Source: Spizellomyces punctatus DAOM BR117
Lineage: Eukaryota
Reading direction: 5' to 3' (one strand)
NCBI GenBank assembly: GCA_000182565.2
Contig: KQ257459.1
Length of the DNA stretch: 64,000 nucleotides
How positions within the stretch are numbered: the stretch's first letter is position 1; each line of letters begins with the position of its first letter. Positions 26,382-38,219 of the stretch are shown here, piece by piece. The notes beneath the pieces are model-generated. The model had not been told where the DNA came from. It made no database searches and saw nothing but the letters and a program-made list of their open reading frames with translations. Both the position numbers and the translations under genes were made by a program.

Positions 26382-29300
26382 GCTGTAATATCCGATATGC
26401 GGAGAGAAACGCAAACCGTTTTAGCGCTAGGAAAGTTAAATAGGGGCGGAGTCGCTGCCCAGTTGCCATAGCACCAGCCGCAAAAGTCCCTCAAGCACTT
26501 CGTCCATGTGCTTACCTTGGATTGTTTGAAGTGGTTATCGCATAGTTTTATGCAGGTCTCCCACTCATCTGTGCTCCTTCAAGTGAAGAACATGTTCATT
26601 GGCTCCAGAGTACCATGCATACATAACGATAGACTGGGAAGGCTGTAAATAAAGATTCATATTTTTACTTTGTATGGATTCATTTTAGCACTCTTAGGCC
26701 TACCTTGCTGTCCCATACGTTGTGATGCGATGATAATGAACAGGCAAACCTCGAAATGGAGAGCCAAAACCAGCGCCTTTGCTACTGCAAATCTGATCAG
26801 GAGTGGATGCTTGCCTTCATGTTACGAGCGTAATGAAAATGGCAAAAGGATGGTGCATTCCATATTGTTCATATTGTTCGCTAGCAAATGCCTCTGATGA
26901 GTAGGAATGGCAAAGCATGGCGACATTCAACACTGACACCAGTTGGGCAACTACCAGGGCTCTTTGCGGGTAAAATACGTTTTCCTGTCGTCAGATCGCA
27001 ACTTTCTGTCGAAAGTTCGCCGATATGTAGGATCATCCATGTATTGGCATCAATTGCACACAGTGGCCTGTGTAGCAATGTGAAAAAGACTTTCCAATAT
27101 ATAGGGCAATACGCAAGAAATAGCAGACTATTTACATTGATCCAACTATCACTGGTGATCGAGTATTGCGTTTGTCATGGAACTGAGAAACAAGCGCAGC
27201 GCGCGGAATCAACAGTGAGCGCTCGAGTGTTGAAGTAATCGGGCTTGATCAGTCTTTACTATTTGCCATTTTCAGAAGGTATACATTATGGCGCTTGGAA
27301 GTCTCATAGGACAGCTCAAGCGAAGTATAAATGTCACATGTGAGAGACTATTTCCATTCAATTGGCAAGTCTTTGGCACAAAATGTTTTTGTGGGCTTCC
27401 CCTGTCCGAACCACCCAGCGCGGATTTTCGAGATGGCTCTCCATCTGTTGAAGCAAGGGTTGCTCCCAGATTCTTATGTACCAACAGGTTCCTTCGAGCG
27501 CGAGATGGACTGTAACTGCTTCATAAGCCGTAGACAATTATGAGTAACATCCTCATAGATTCTTCTTCCTTTCGTGTGCTTTCCAAACGCTTAGAGAATA
27601 AGTGCACGCAGTCGCAGTTGTTACCAACCAATATCGCCAACAAGGGTCGAGACGCCCAATGTACTTGAAATGACTAGATTACTGGCTGTCCTGTTATTTT
27701 ATTCGAAATCTTTCAATCATGAGCAGTAGATAAGCAGAGTCAGATGTCATGTGCTAGGCGGCCTCACAGGATATAGAATGTATTTTACACAATGCTTTTT
27801 ATTCTTTTGTGGTCTCACTGGCGGGACACATATCGTTAGCAAACTATAACAGTAAGATGGTGATGGTTTGGGGTTGGATATGAGTGACCGGTTGGTCTAT
27901 ACGCATTTAGAGCTAAGGGGTTGACCGACTACATTGAAGGGTACGTGCGGTTTTCAAGAGTAATACCTACGGGCTTCTAGCACGTACATAGATTGAGCTC
28001 AAAATCGCATGAGATGGACTATGGTTTTAGGTGATATCAAGTTGCGGCTTATGTGTGCGTCTTTTACGACAACAGGACCAAGTGAAGCAGGGAAGGATGG
28101 ATTTTGGGAGATAGATCTACATGGCAAATGATCAGTTACCGTCGTTGGCAAGCCCAGGGATCATATATGCTGTTTACTACCACAAAGGACAAGAAAAGAA
28201 CTTTAAATTGACCTGGAGAAAAGGGCATCCATATACCATCCGAACATTTTATATCCATCCTCACATGAAGTCCACCTCGTGTGGGTGGTTCAAACTCGGT
28301 GAATAAAATGACCAGATGCGGTCGGCGACGCTGAAGAGTCGCTTCCGACTGTACTTCACAACGTTGATAATCATAGGCTAATGTTATAATCTTCTCTAAT
28401 GTGATGTTGAGAGCCAGGTGCCCGGCAAAAAGAAATATATCTCCCATGGGTTCTCAGTTGAAATGACGGGATTTCATTTGATGGGATGACTTTATCTGAT
28501 TTCAAACAGCAGATCGAAAAGCAGAACGACCAGTATTTTGGCGTTCATTACAGGTCAAACTAGAGCTAGATGGTGCTTGCTGTTGATCGCCAAGTGGCCC
28601 AACAGACAAGAGCGGCATTTAGTATTTTTACTAAATTCTAGTACCGATTCGATCTAATCCAATTGCAAACAAGGTGTGTTAAGCCCTTCTCATTTTGGCA
28701 TGGGTCCTTGAAGTGAATTGCCAAATTGCACACATCTTTTCAATAGTGCTACTATAGATCCCTTCGCTCGCCTGTTCTCCAGATATGCTTTCAGTGTTGC
28801 AGCTGGCCCGCATCAAAGGTGTTTGGAGATTAATGTTTTTAGACCGTTGGTTCTTACGCTGCACATTGGAGCTCATTTGAGTAGAACGCTTGAGGAGGGT
28901 CTTCAAAGGGACAAAGCAATTCCAGGAATGAATACAATGCTTTAGCCCGTTCCTTAGATATGGTTTCAAGTGGCAGCTTGCGCTTATCTACCGTTTGAAA
29001 CGGTGGTAAATCACACGGACACAACAGGCCAACCCTCTGAGGATCACAAGAAAGGTGAGGGACCTTGACCAAGATCCTTCATAAGATATGCAAACCTCCG
29101 GTTGGAAGTTGTCTCATCAACAGGGTTAGGGTGCCGGCTGTCGAAAGCCATGATCACATACCCTGACTGGTTGACATGTGCACTCCCACAGAACATAGCG
29201 CATCGTGTAGCTTGGAGAACATGAATACTGCATATTGGAGCATTTGGAAGAGATCCTGTCACGAAGTTTGCCAAAGAATAACAACTGTGGTGTGGCACTG

Positions 29301-30436
29301 ACGTTTTCATCAACATACAGATCGCTGTTTATATTTTTGCTCGTTTACCTTCAAATCTCTGTAACGGATCCCCTCGCCTTTGTGTCCTCTTGTGTCACTC
29401 CTTCTTTAACGGAATCATGTTCGGAACAATGTTCAGACCTCCTCTTTGCAATTTGCGGATGTAGGCATCATCCTCCCTACACTCCTCATTCTACCAAACG
29501 TGACTGGCAAGATCTGTTGTCAAAGTGTAGCCTTGCGGCAATACCACTCCCCTTCGGATTGCTGTTGACAAACAATAGTTTAACGTCATGATGACACTCA
29601 CTTTGAAATAGTTGGCGGATGAGGCTTATGTGATGGGAACAGGTAAACATTTTGATCTTCAGTGCATCGCAGCGAGGACTGCTGGTATACGCATTTTATT
29701 TAACAAGAATTGCCTACTCGGTATAGACGTATCGTATTCAATACTACACCTATTCGCAATTGTGCCTCATCTACTGGCTATGCTATCAGTTTGCTTTCAC
29801 ATTCCTCTCCATTTAATGATGAGCCACGATATCCGCTATTCTCGGCCGGCATCTATACTAGAGAAGGAACACAGGAAGATAACCATTGGCTAGTGCCATC
29901 GCACCTTGTCTCCAATGTGGGGGAAAAGATTCTGCGATATTTAGAAAGACTGTTGGGACTAATAGCACAAAGATATCAAAGACCAGCACAGCAAACAAGA
30001 AGTGGCATGAACGAGTCGATCGAAATGTCCCAGTCACATGACCCTGCAGATGCGAGACATGTCAGAGTCGGAAATGCCGCGGCTTGCATTTCCCATTTGT
30101 TTATTTGGCTCTTGCTGCATTGTTTTAAAACCTAAATTACATCGGGATTGGTCCACGTCCAAACCAAGCGTTGGACCAGTGCCCTGAAGCAAAATCAAGA
30201 ACAAACCATTTACCAGTCAACTGCATGGCCCACATCAAAGACTTGAGGAACCAGGCGGATGCCTGAACCATAAAAAGATTCGTTCCGCCACCAAAAAACA
30301 ATGGGACCACTGGGACCATAGTTCTAAGTAGAAGTATAAAGGAGAAGACATCTTTTAGAATTCTCCAGCACTCCATTACGCACGGAACGAACTAAAACCT
30401 GCAAAATTCCAACCATAAATTCATTACATACACACG

Positions 30437-30737
30437 ATGAAGTTCTTTCTTGTCCTCGCTCTCATCTTCTTTGCTCTTACTCAGTGTACAAAGTCTTAAC
30501 CGTTGTTTATTTTCCGAGCAACTCTTCATACTAACTTTATCCCATGCTGCAGTGACAACTGTTAATGCCGAGTGCGTCATCAGTTCTTGTGAATATGAGC
30601 CCAAGTGCGACTTGGGCAAGGGGGAGAAAGCATGCGTAAATTATTATGGGCAATCATCATTTGCATGCGATTTGGTTAAAAGAAGAGTGATGTGCTGCAA
30701 CAAAGGCGAGTGCAGTAAGATCGACATCAATGCGTAA
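30437..30737 (+). CDS. Small secreted cysteine-rich protein (8 Cys), 2 exons
   Basis: ATG 30437 and intron 30486-30552 (GT...CTAAC...CAG) give MKFFLVLALIFFALTQLTTVNA followed by ECVISSCEYEPKCDLGKGEKACVNYYGQSSFACDLVKRRVMCCNKGECSKIDINA*. Confidence 0.75.
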
Positions 30738-31554
30738 AGTGGAGGACCGCATCATGTTGATAGCTCGCAGAAATTTAGAATTATCGATTGTAAATTGTAT
30801 AGAAAATAGATCTTTTGTCAAGTGCGTTGTGCGCACGCATTCCAACTGGTCATGACTATATAAAGTAATACCATATAATAGTGTTTGGTTCTGTGCCGTA
30901 GTGGTCAACCGCGCGGAACGTTGCAAAATCGTTCCGTTCAGTAGGTCATGAGTTCGAAACCAGCAAAAGTGGGCTCCGTCGGTCGCTTCCTTCACACTCG
31001 GGAACTTCACGTTGACGGTCAGTGACTGAGCTTTCCCACTTTTTTTTCGACTTTTATCATGGCAAAATGCTGCTCAAAATGCACCTGGATGACGGAGAAA
31101 CTGAGGATGTTGGCCGTACATTCTGGTTCTGCTAATCACTGGTCATCCGACGTGACATAGAATATTCAATGCATTAGTCGAATTAGATGCAGAAAGGGAC
31201 TGCCCACATACCAGTTACGCTATCTGCATGGCTGCAATTTGGGTTGCCGTGTGCGCAGAGGGTTAACCAGTGATCAAAGGTGCAAGATTGATAATGTATA
31301 ACCTTCTGTGTAAAGAAAATCATTCCCGTCGTCACGAAGCGAGCACCAAAAACACACCAAGTCCCTGATACAAATAGGATTCTCCTGCGACAGGTCTCTC
31401 CAGAAACCTCGCTTTTAGGCCCCCCCCCCCCCCCCCCACCTTGAAAATGAACCCCTTTTAAAACCGAAAACAAACTTTGGCCCATTTTTTTTTAAAAACC
31501 CAAAACCGTTGGAAAGGGTGAGAACATAAGGGGGAGGCTCCTTTAAAAAAATTT

Positions 31555-31654
31555 NNNNNNNNNNNNNNNNNNNNNNNNNNNNNNNNNNNNNNNNNNNNNN
31601 NNNNNNNNNNNNNNNNNNNNNNNNNNNNNNNNNNNNNNNNNNNNNNNNNNNNNN
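31555..31654. other. Assembly gap (100 N), preceded by low-quality homopolymer-rich sequence from ~31420
   Basis: Run of N in the sequence. Confidence 1.
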
Positions 31655-31714
31655 AGTCACGCCTTGACCAAGATTCCAGGAAGATAAGAAAATTAGATTG
31701 AGCCTCTGCGGACA

Positions 31715-34103
31715 AGGCCTGCGTGATCCGAATTCTGATCAATAACTCGTATGGACGATTAGCGTTTTAAATAGGCGGTCAAGCTGGCAGTTCCCCTGAT
31801 ATGCCCTATGGGATTATGACCTACCTGGGATATCTTTCAAAGTGGTCTGCAACTGTATGATACATGTGAAGATAAAATACTATCGAACGACTTCTGAGCT
31901 TGTCCCATGGATACGTCGATATGAGCTGTAGAGCTACCAAAGCCATGCACAGAATAACAAGAGTGAAAAAGGATTGGTAGTCTCTTATATTCGAAGCAGC
32001 TAATCGTCTACCTGCGGTAGGTTTCGCAAGCTCGATGATCAAGAGGTATATCTATACGATAAAGTTCCAAAATGGACGTCGAGTGAATAAAAGATATTTA
32101 GCTGGGTAAGAACTTGATAATGTGAGCTCAACTCCAGGTTTTATACAGGATCTAATGATGATTAGGCATGTCTTCTCCATCGCTAACCCATATCAGCAAA
32201 TGGCAAGTGGTTTCATCAATCACCTCAACAAGTATTGAAAAGCTGCCGAGAATGTGGCCTACTTCATTGGAACTGCCAACTGATGTGCAAGTCATCAAAG
32301 CATTGAAACCCCCAACAGATGAGGCCTATATGGTTTGACTCGAGTCCTCGACCATTGAGGAGCCTGTTGAAAGCACAAATAAAATACAGCGAAAACAGCT
32401 GCGGCCGAATGCCCTTCTTATTAATGCCTCGACAGACCGCCTCTGGAGTGAAAACAATGTTTGGCTTTCGAAAGGTGTTATTCTCAGCATGGGCATATCC
32501 AGGACATCAAGATGCAGCAGCCACAAAAGGATCCATTACCAGTCACCCAAAGTGCCCAGTAGGAGAGATAGAAATATTCCCAGTAGAACAATCCATTACT
32601 ACTTGTGTCGATGTACAGTGGTGATGTAAGGTGGTTCAGATGGAGTTTTGCGTATAGATTGTTGCATGAAATAAGGACGAGTGATACTCGCCGTGGAGAT
32701 TCGGCCAAACACATAATGTTCTGATGTAGAGTCACCCAAGCCTTGAGCAAGATTCCAAGGAGCAACAGCCGCAGTCAAGGAGGCCAAACACATCACCTTG
32801 TGATCTCCCAAGCGTTGAGCCGTCGTTCGTTAAGAAAATTGGTGGAATATTAGTCCATGTGGATGAGAGGCCGACGTGATTCGTCACCCAAGCATTTGGG
32901 CAGCCTTGCATGAAAGAAGAAAATAGAGTCATTACCCGCTATGGCGGATAAGACCTGTTTAGAAGAATGGCAAGAAAAAAAGCGAACAATCTCGTTGTAT
33001 GTAATTAGGCGTACTTGATTCAAACACGCAACCTTCTGATGTGGAGGATTGAGAAGGTTGACAAGACAAAGAAAGATGCAGCGATGGATGGATTTGATCG
33101 GACCTAGAGTCACCGACCTTCAACAGAGTCTTGCAAAAATGAAAACATAATGATTCGGACTTTTGACCCAGAACCACCAAGGGCCTTCCTTCATCCAACG
33201 TAGTAGGAAGGGAAGGACTTTGCTTGTGCAGGGCTTCCATTGCTAATGCAACTTGTTCCTGCTCCTTACTTGAACTCGTCACATCATGGGCTGCCAAAAT
33301 AGGTTTCCCAAACCGATCATTATCAGTTTAACTGCATGGATGCAATCTCCGTTGCAGTGTGCCATAAAAGGGTGCCCGGTGAGTAACAGGTCGCCTCGGA
33401 TCTAGAGTCATCATCGCCCTTCAGCAGTCTTTCACAGTAGAAAGAGCGGTCGTGTGGTAGAGTGCTGTGCGATTCCAGCACATAACATTTTGATCGATAG
33501 CCGCAAGAGAGTGCCTTGAGCTGTCGTCCATACAAACACTGCTGCGCGATTGCACCATAAAGGTCGAGGTTGGGTTTCACATGGAAGATATATTTGCTGA
33601 CCATCTGGATACCAGTGGAAAAAAAGACGATCTCATCGCATGTAATGAGGCTTGCATGATTTGACCAGATAACCTTGAAATTCAGAGCCAGGAACGCCTT
33701 GACAAGACTCCAAGAAGAAGAAAGTATATTCAGCCGCTGCTACTGATGTGTCCATGTGATTCGACGACCCGCCAAAAGGCATAAGTAGGTTTCCTGAGGA
33801 GAGAAGAAAGAAGGGTTCGTTAGAAGACGAGGACGAGGCCAATGTGATTCGAAGACCCGCCAAAAGGCATCCGCAGATGTCTGAGGAGAGACAAAGTAAT
33901 GGCTGCTTCGGAGAGGAGGCCTTTGTGATTCGAACATTCGCCAAAGCGCATAAGCAGGTTCCTAGCGAGAGACGGTTGGTTGGGATATGAAGCCTACGCG
34001 ATTTGAACGGTAGCTTTGAGATCTAGAGTCACCAAAAAGGCATAGGCTGCCTTCCGAGCCCGGAATTGCGAATTGCCTTGGAGATGGGGCCTACGTGAAT
34101 GCA
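31715..34103 (-). repeat. Dispersed and tandem degenerate copies of the tRNA-Trp 3' half (B-box region)
   Basis: 33007-33046 matches tRNA positions 38150-38189 at 35/40. Further copies near 31715, 32252, 32318, 32707, 32779, 32862, 33645, 33753, 33832, 33915, 33987 and 34083, all in the same orientation as the tRNA. Confidence 0.75.
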
Positions 34104-34941
34104 ACTCCAACGTCACCCAAACCATGCAAAATCGTATCGATGTGCTTGTAAATGATACGCACCTGATTGGAACACATACAAGTCGTAGCAATGCATTGAC
34201 CGGGAAAAGAGGGTTAGATTTGACTTTGATGTGTAAATAGATGGCCTGCAATACTAGTCAAACGCAACTCGTATCAACCTATTTACCGTCATGCGAGCAA
34301 AGCGGCACGTTTCTGCCTATTCACCGTTACCAGCAAAAAGGCAGGTCTGTCTCGTTTGTGATTCGGAAACGGTCGAAGGAGGGCGGAGACTTTCTGAAAA
34401 AGATGATTGAATGGTTCACTGAGATATTTCCATTTTGGCGGCGGTAGCACTTGCGAACTGGACATGGTGGTTCTCCAGTGTGCGTTTCATATCGTTGAGG
34501 ACGTATGAAGATGTCCCTTGCACCGCAAAGTTGTTCTCATCTCTCATGCGAATACCCGTACCAAACATCGTACCAGTGCTGCCCCTGGACCCGCCGCGTT
34601 TGACCTTGATCCTAGTCTTTTCTTGTAACCTAAACGTAAAATAACAGGAATTTTAGCCCGTGCGTTACCCAGGCTTGATGGTATGAACTTTCCGTCATGG
34701 CAACAACTATATGATGTGCCAGTTGAAAGGATTGCAACGACAGCAACCTAGTGCAGCAACTTGGAACTGCTTCCATGCTGCTATTGGTGGAGCAGTGCAA
34801 AGGGATTTTCCACCGTAGATCGTCAGGGCCGTATATTCTGATTTCTGCATGCGCTAGGCGCGAGCGGCCACAAGGGAAGACGTTACCGATCTTCCCCCCG
34901 AACATTGCAAGTCCGGGTGGGTGGGGCGCGAGGTTACCCCT

Positions 34942-35160
34942 ACCCGGTATTGAGTGCCCTTACCAACACGAATCTTGCCTTCCCTAGGTATCCATGCATC
35001 ATCAATTTGTCGTTCCCACCATTTATAAGTGTCAGATGATGGACGAGGTAACCAGGAATCGAATCTGTTGGTTGGTGAACCCAGTATTAAGTGCCTTTAC
35101 AGCCTTCCCCAGTATTACGTGCCCTTACCCAGTATAAAGTGTTCTTACCCGGTATTGAAA
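34942..35160. repeat. ~21-bp repeat, consensus CCCAGTATTAAGTGCCCTTAC, about 5 copies
   Basis: Copies near 34942, 35079, 35108, 35130 and 35150 (partial). Confidence 0.7.
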
Positions 35161-35324
35161 ACTGCCTATGAACTGGAGATTCCCAAAAGAAGAGTTGGCC
35201 AAGTTGCTTGCGCAAATGCCCGCGAGGAGCCACGTGCAGGTGCAATGCTGCAAAGGAGTAGGATACTAAATCTCAGCGTTTTTGCATACTTTCAAACCTG
35301 CCATGCTTGTCCGATAAATAGGTT

Positions 35325-35592
35325 GATGCGAGGCATGAATGATGCGACCGAGAGTGCAAACCGCTGCAATGGTGGATACATCGATGCGAGGTGTGAATGA
35401 TGCCGCCGAGAGTGTTGCAAACCGCTGAGATGATTGAATGATGGATACTTTTGATACGAGTTGTAAAATCATGGTGTGCAAAAAGGCTGCAGTGGTTGCA
35501 CGATGAAAAGGCTGATACGAGGTGTGAATGATGCCACCGAAAGTGTTGGAAACCGCTGCTCTGCTTTGAATGGTGGATACTTTTGATAAGAG
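35325..35592. repeat. Diverged tandem repeat (GATRCGAGGTGTGAATGATGC...AAACCGCTG...TGGATAC), 3-4 copies
   Basis: Units begin near 35326, 35383, 35453 (degenerate) and 35514. Confidence 0.75.
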
Positions 35593-35856
35593 TCTGTACT
35601 TTTGAGTCAACCCGTCCAAAAGTGCGACAATGCATTGTGACGAATGCCAGCGTTCAACACGACCATAATCTCGAGGTGGACTCTAACGAGATCAAAAGAG
35701 AAAAAGCCTTGATCCTCAAACTAATAAACCTAAATGGAATTCTTATGGATTTAGCTAAATGCACACGTTCAAGTGTTAGCAAAACGTAATCCATCCAAGC
35801 TACTGTGCAGGATGGAAACAAAACGGACACTGGCAACTGGGACCTACACCTTTTCG

Positions 35857-36200
35857 GTCTGGACATGGTGAACATGTATGACGGCAGGCATACATGTGAA
35901 TCATGTACAGACTTGATCCTATCGTCGTATTTACCATTCAAACATGGCAGCAACATTGTCTGAACATGGTGAACATGTATGACGGCATCCACGTTCAGAC
36001 TTGCTCCTATCGGCGTCTCTTTACCGCTCAAGCATAGCAGCAACATTATCTGAACATGATGAACATGTATGATGGCAGGCATGCATGTGAATCATGTACA
36101 GACTTGCTCCTATCGTCGTATTTACCATTCAAACATGGCAGCAACATTGTCTGAACATGGTGAACATGTATGACGGCAGTCATACATGTGAATCAAGTAC
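35857..36200. repeat. Tandem ~100-bp palindromic (hairpin) repeat array, left part
   Basis: ACATGGTGAACATGTATG recurs at 35863, 35964, 36054 and 36155 (periods 101, 90, 101). Each unit contains an inverted repeat. Confidence 0.95.
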
Positions 36201-36738
36201 GCTGTTCAGCGAAATCCCAGCCTCTCTACTTCCTAGAGCTCGTCGAGCTTTCGTCCTTTCACGTTTTCATAAGGAACTGTTTAGCATTACTACCTTGGAC
36301 GTTTTGCCGCTGGTTCCGCCATCACTGAGGACAGAGGCGACAGGGGAGCACTGGCACAAAGCGAAAGAGGACTTATTGACGGAGATTGTTAACGCTATTG
36401 GCACGCAAATTCGAACTTGGAGTGGAAACAACATTGACCTATGCTTATCTGGAATAACAGACTCTCCCTTGTTCTGCAAGGTGGAGCAACTTGCCACACA
36501 TCTCGGCCGTACGGAACAGCTGATGTCTGAACTCGAAAGCTCAAAACAATTAGCGAGGAAGAGAATGTTTTTTTCTTCCAGGCCATGTTCATGTGGGAAT
36601 GCACCATCACCCGTCTGCGCTTTTGTAGAATGTGTTGTTGGTCAAAGTATTGTATGGGACATGGACGTTGCCGTTATCGAGATGATGACGTTGACGAATG
36701 GGACCGCCTCAATGAGGAATTTTGTTCGTAGAATATAA
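36201..36738 (+). other. Open reading frame of unknown function inside the repeat-flanked insert; start not defined
   Basis: Non-repetitive part of ORF 36094-36738. The ATG given in the ORF track lies inside the repeat. Confidence 0.35.
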
Positions 36739-36951
36739 AAACTTGCTTACGTGACCAGAATACAAAAGGGCTGTGGGATGACTCGGCTGAGTCATCTTCC
36801 ATTGTTCTACAATGATATAAACGGTGAAGAATCTTGTGTTACCGGGGATTGAATTGTATTTTTTGTGTTACCGGGGACTCAAGAGAATCATGCACGTGAT
36901 GGCATGGCGTGAAGGGATATAACATCATCATTGCAACCTTGGTCCCAGCGA

Positions 36952-37713
36952 AAAATGCGAAAAATGCGACTGCTGTTAGAAATTCTCGATGACCTCTTTT
37001 CCGCCTACATGTTTCTGGGTGACACGATTTACACTGTGGGAAGGGTCTTGAAAAGTACGATCGGCGGACACGAACAAACGAAGCAAAAATGGATCGATCT
37101 GTTGGAAAAAAACTGGCAAGACTTCCCAGACGAGGATCGCGCGGAGGAAATAGCGGAAGGCAAAGCGTTTTGGGATCAGGAGGCAATCAACACGAACCTA
37201 GATCTCCACGACTTGATATACGCATTCAAGGCGAACTGGGACACTCACCAACCTGAGAAAGTCATCACGATTTTCGCCGAATGCCTGGCTCCGAAGAGGC
37301 AATTGGTACTTCATTGGGCAGCGCAGGTCATGAAGATGTATGGCATTTGTTATTTGAACTTGAACAGGTTGGGCCCGCCCGGGTTCCCAGATGGATGGTA
37401 TATTGTGAAAGGTCTACTAAGGGAAGACGAAGTGACGGAGCGCATGTCTTTCGAACCCATTGAGGAAATACAAGTTGGCCGATTCATTTTGGAGGTACTT
37501 GGTGCATATCTCGTCAAGGTGAAGGGGGCGACCAGTGACGAGATGACGATACTTGTGTCACTCGTTGATAAAGGAGGCATCGTATGGGATTTAAGTTGCA
37601 AGTGTTGGATGCCGTACACTTACGATCAGACGAAGTCCGAGGAGTTATTGATGCGGGGTATGATGGGATATGCTACTGATGGAGCGGGGAAAAAGAAGGA
37701 GGAAACTGAATGA
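36952..37713 (+). CDS. Intronless orphan protein, ~253 aa
   Basis: Long ORF with globular-protein composition in an otherwise ORF-poor region; ATG at 36952; no family recognised. Confidence 0.6.
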   Translation, partial: KMRKMRLLLEILDDLFSAYMFLGDTIYTVGRVLKSTIGGHEQTKQKWIDLLEKNWQDFPDEDRAEEIAEGKAFWDQEAINTNLDLHDLIYAFKANWDTHQPEKVITIFAECLAPKRQLVLHWAAQVMKMYGICYLNLNRLGPPGFPDGWYIVKGLLREDEVTERMSFEPIEEIQVGRFILEVLGAYLVKVKGATSDEMTILVSLVDKGGIVWDLSCKCWMPYTYDQTKSEELLMRGMMGYATDGAGKKKEETE

Positions 37714-37723
37714 AATAATGGTC

Positions 37724-37877
37724 GACTTGCTCCTATCGTCCTATTTACCGTTCAAACATGGCAGCAACATTGTCTGAACATGGTGAACATGTATGACGGC
37801 AGGCATACATGTTCACCACGTACAGACTTGCTCTTATCCACGTCTCTTTACCGCTCAAGCATGAGCAGCAACATTGC
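37724..37877. repeat. Tandem ~100-bp palindromic repeat array, right part
   Basis: Same unit as 35857-36200. Hairpin 37772-37827 has 24-bp arms (22/24 paired) and an 8-nt loop. Confidence 0.95.
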
Positions 37878-38118
37878 AACGAGTGGGTTGACCGGGTTTG
37901 ACAGAGCGGACCTACCGCCATCCCAACTAGTATCGAGTATTTCATGGGACAGATAATGGCAACACTTGTCCGATGAACACTTTTGAGTTGTGGTTGAAAT
38001 GATTGCAATTCCAATGAAAAAAAAAAAAAAAAAAAAAAAAAGTTTAAACCGCGGCTACATCTTGAACGGCCATACGACGATATAAAGAGAAGAGTCCTGA
38101 TCTGGTTCCCAAAACAAG

Positions 38119-38126
38119 AAAAAAAA
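38119..38126 (-). terminator. Pol III terminator (T8) of tRNA-Trp
   Basis: A8 on the + strand, about 21 nt beyond the tRNA 3' end. Confidence 0.7.
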
Positions 38127-38147
38127 GGCAATCTCTACCCGTGGGGA

Positions 38148-38219
38148 TGAGGCCTACGTGATTCGAACACGTAACCTTCTGATCTGGAGTCAGACGCGCT
38201 ACCGTTGCGCCAAGGCCCC
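38148..38219 (-). tRNA. tRNA-Trp: tRNA-Trp (CCA), intronless, 72 nt
   Basis: GGGGCCT TG GCGC AACGGTA GCGC G TCTGA CT CCA GA TCAGA AGGTT ACGTG TTCGAAT CACGT AGGCCTC A folds into a complete cloverleaf. Confidence 0.97.

Noticed and set aside
26600-30300. Possible pseudogene or transposon fragments
   Set aside because: No DDE, RT, integrase or other motif recognised; ORFs are short and inconsistent.
31420-31554. Homopolymer-rich unusual sequence
   Set aside because: Adjacent to the N gap and typical of a low-quality read end.
38017-38041. A25 tract as the poly(A) tail of a retrocopy or LINE
   Set aside because: No target-site duplication or reverse transcriptase seen, and long A tracts occur elsewhere in the window (e.g. 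~903-918).
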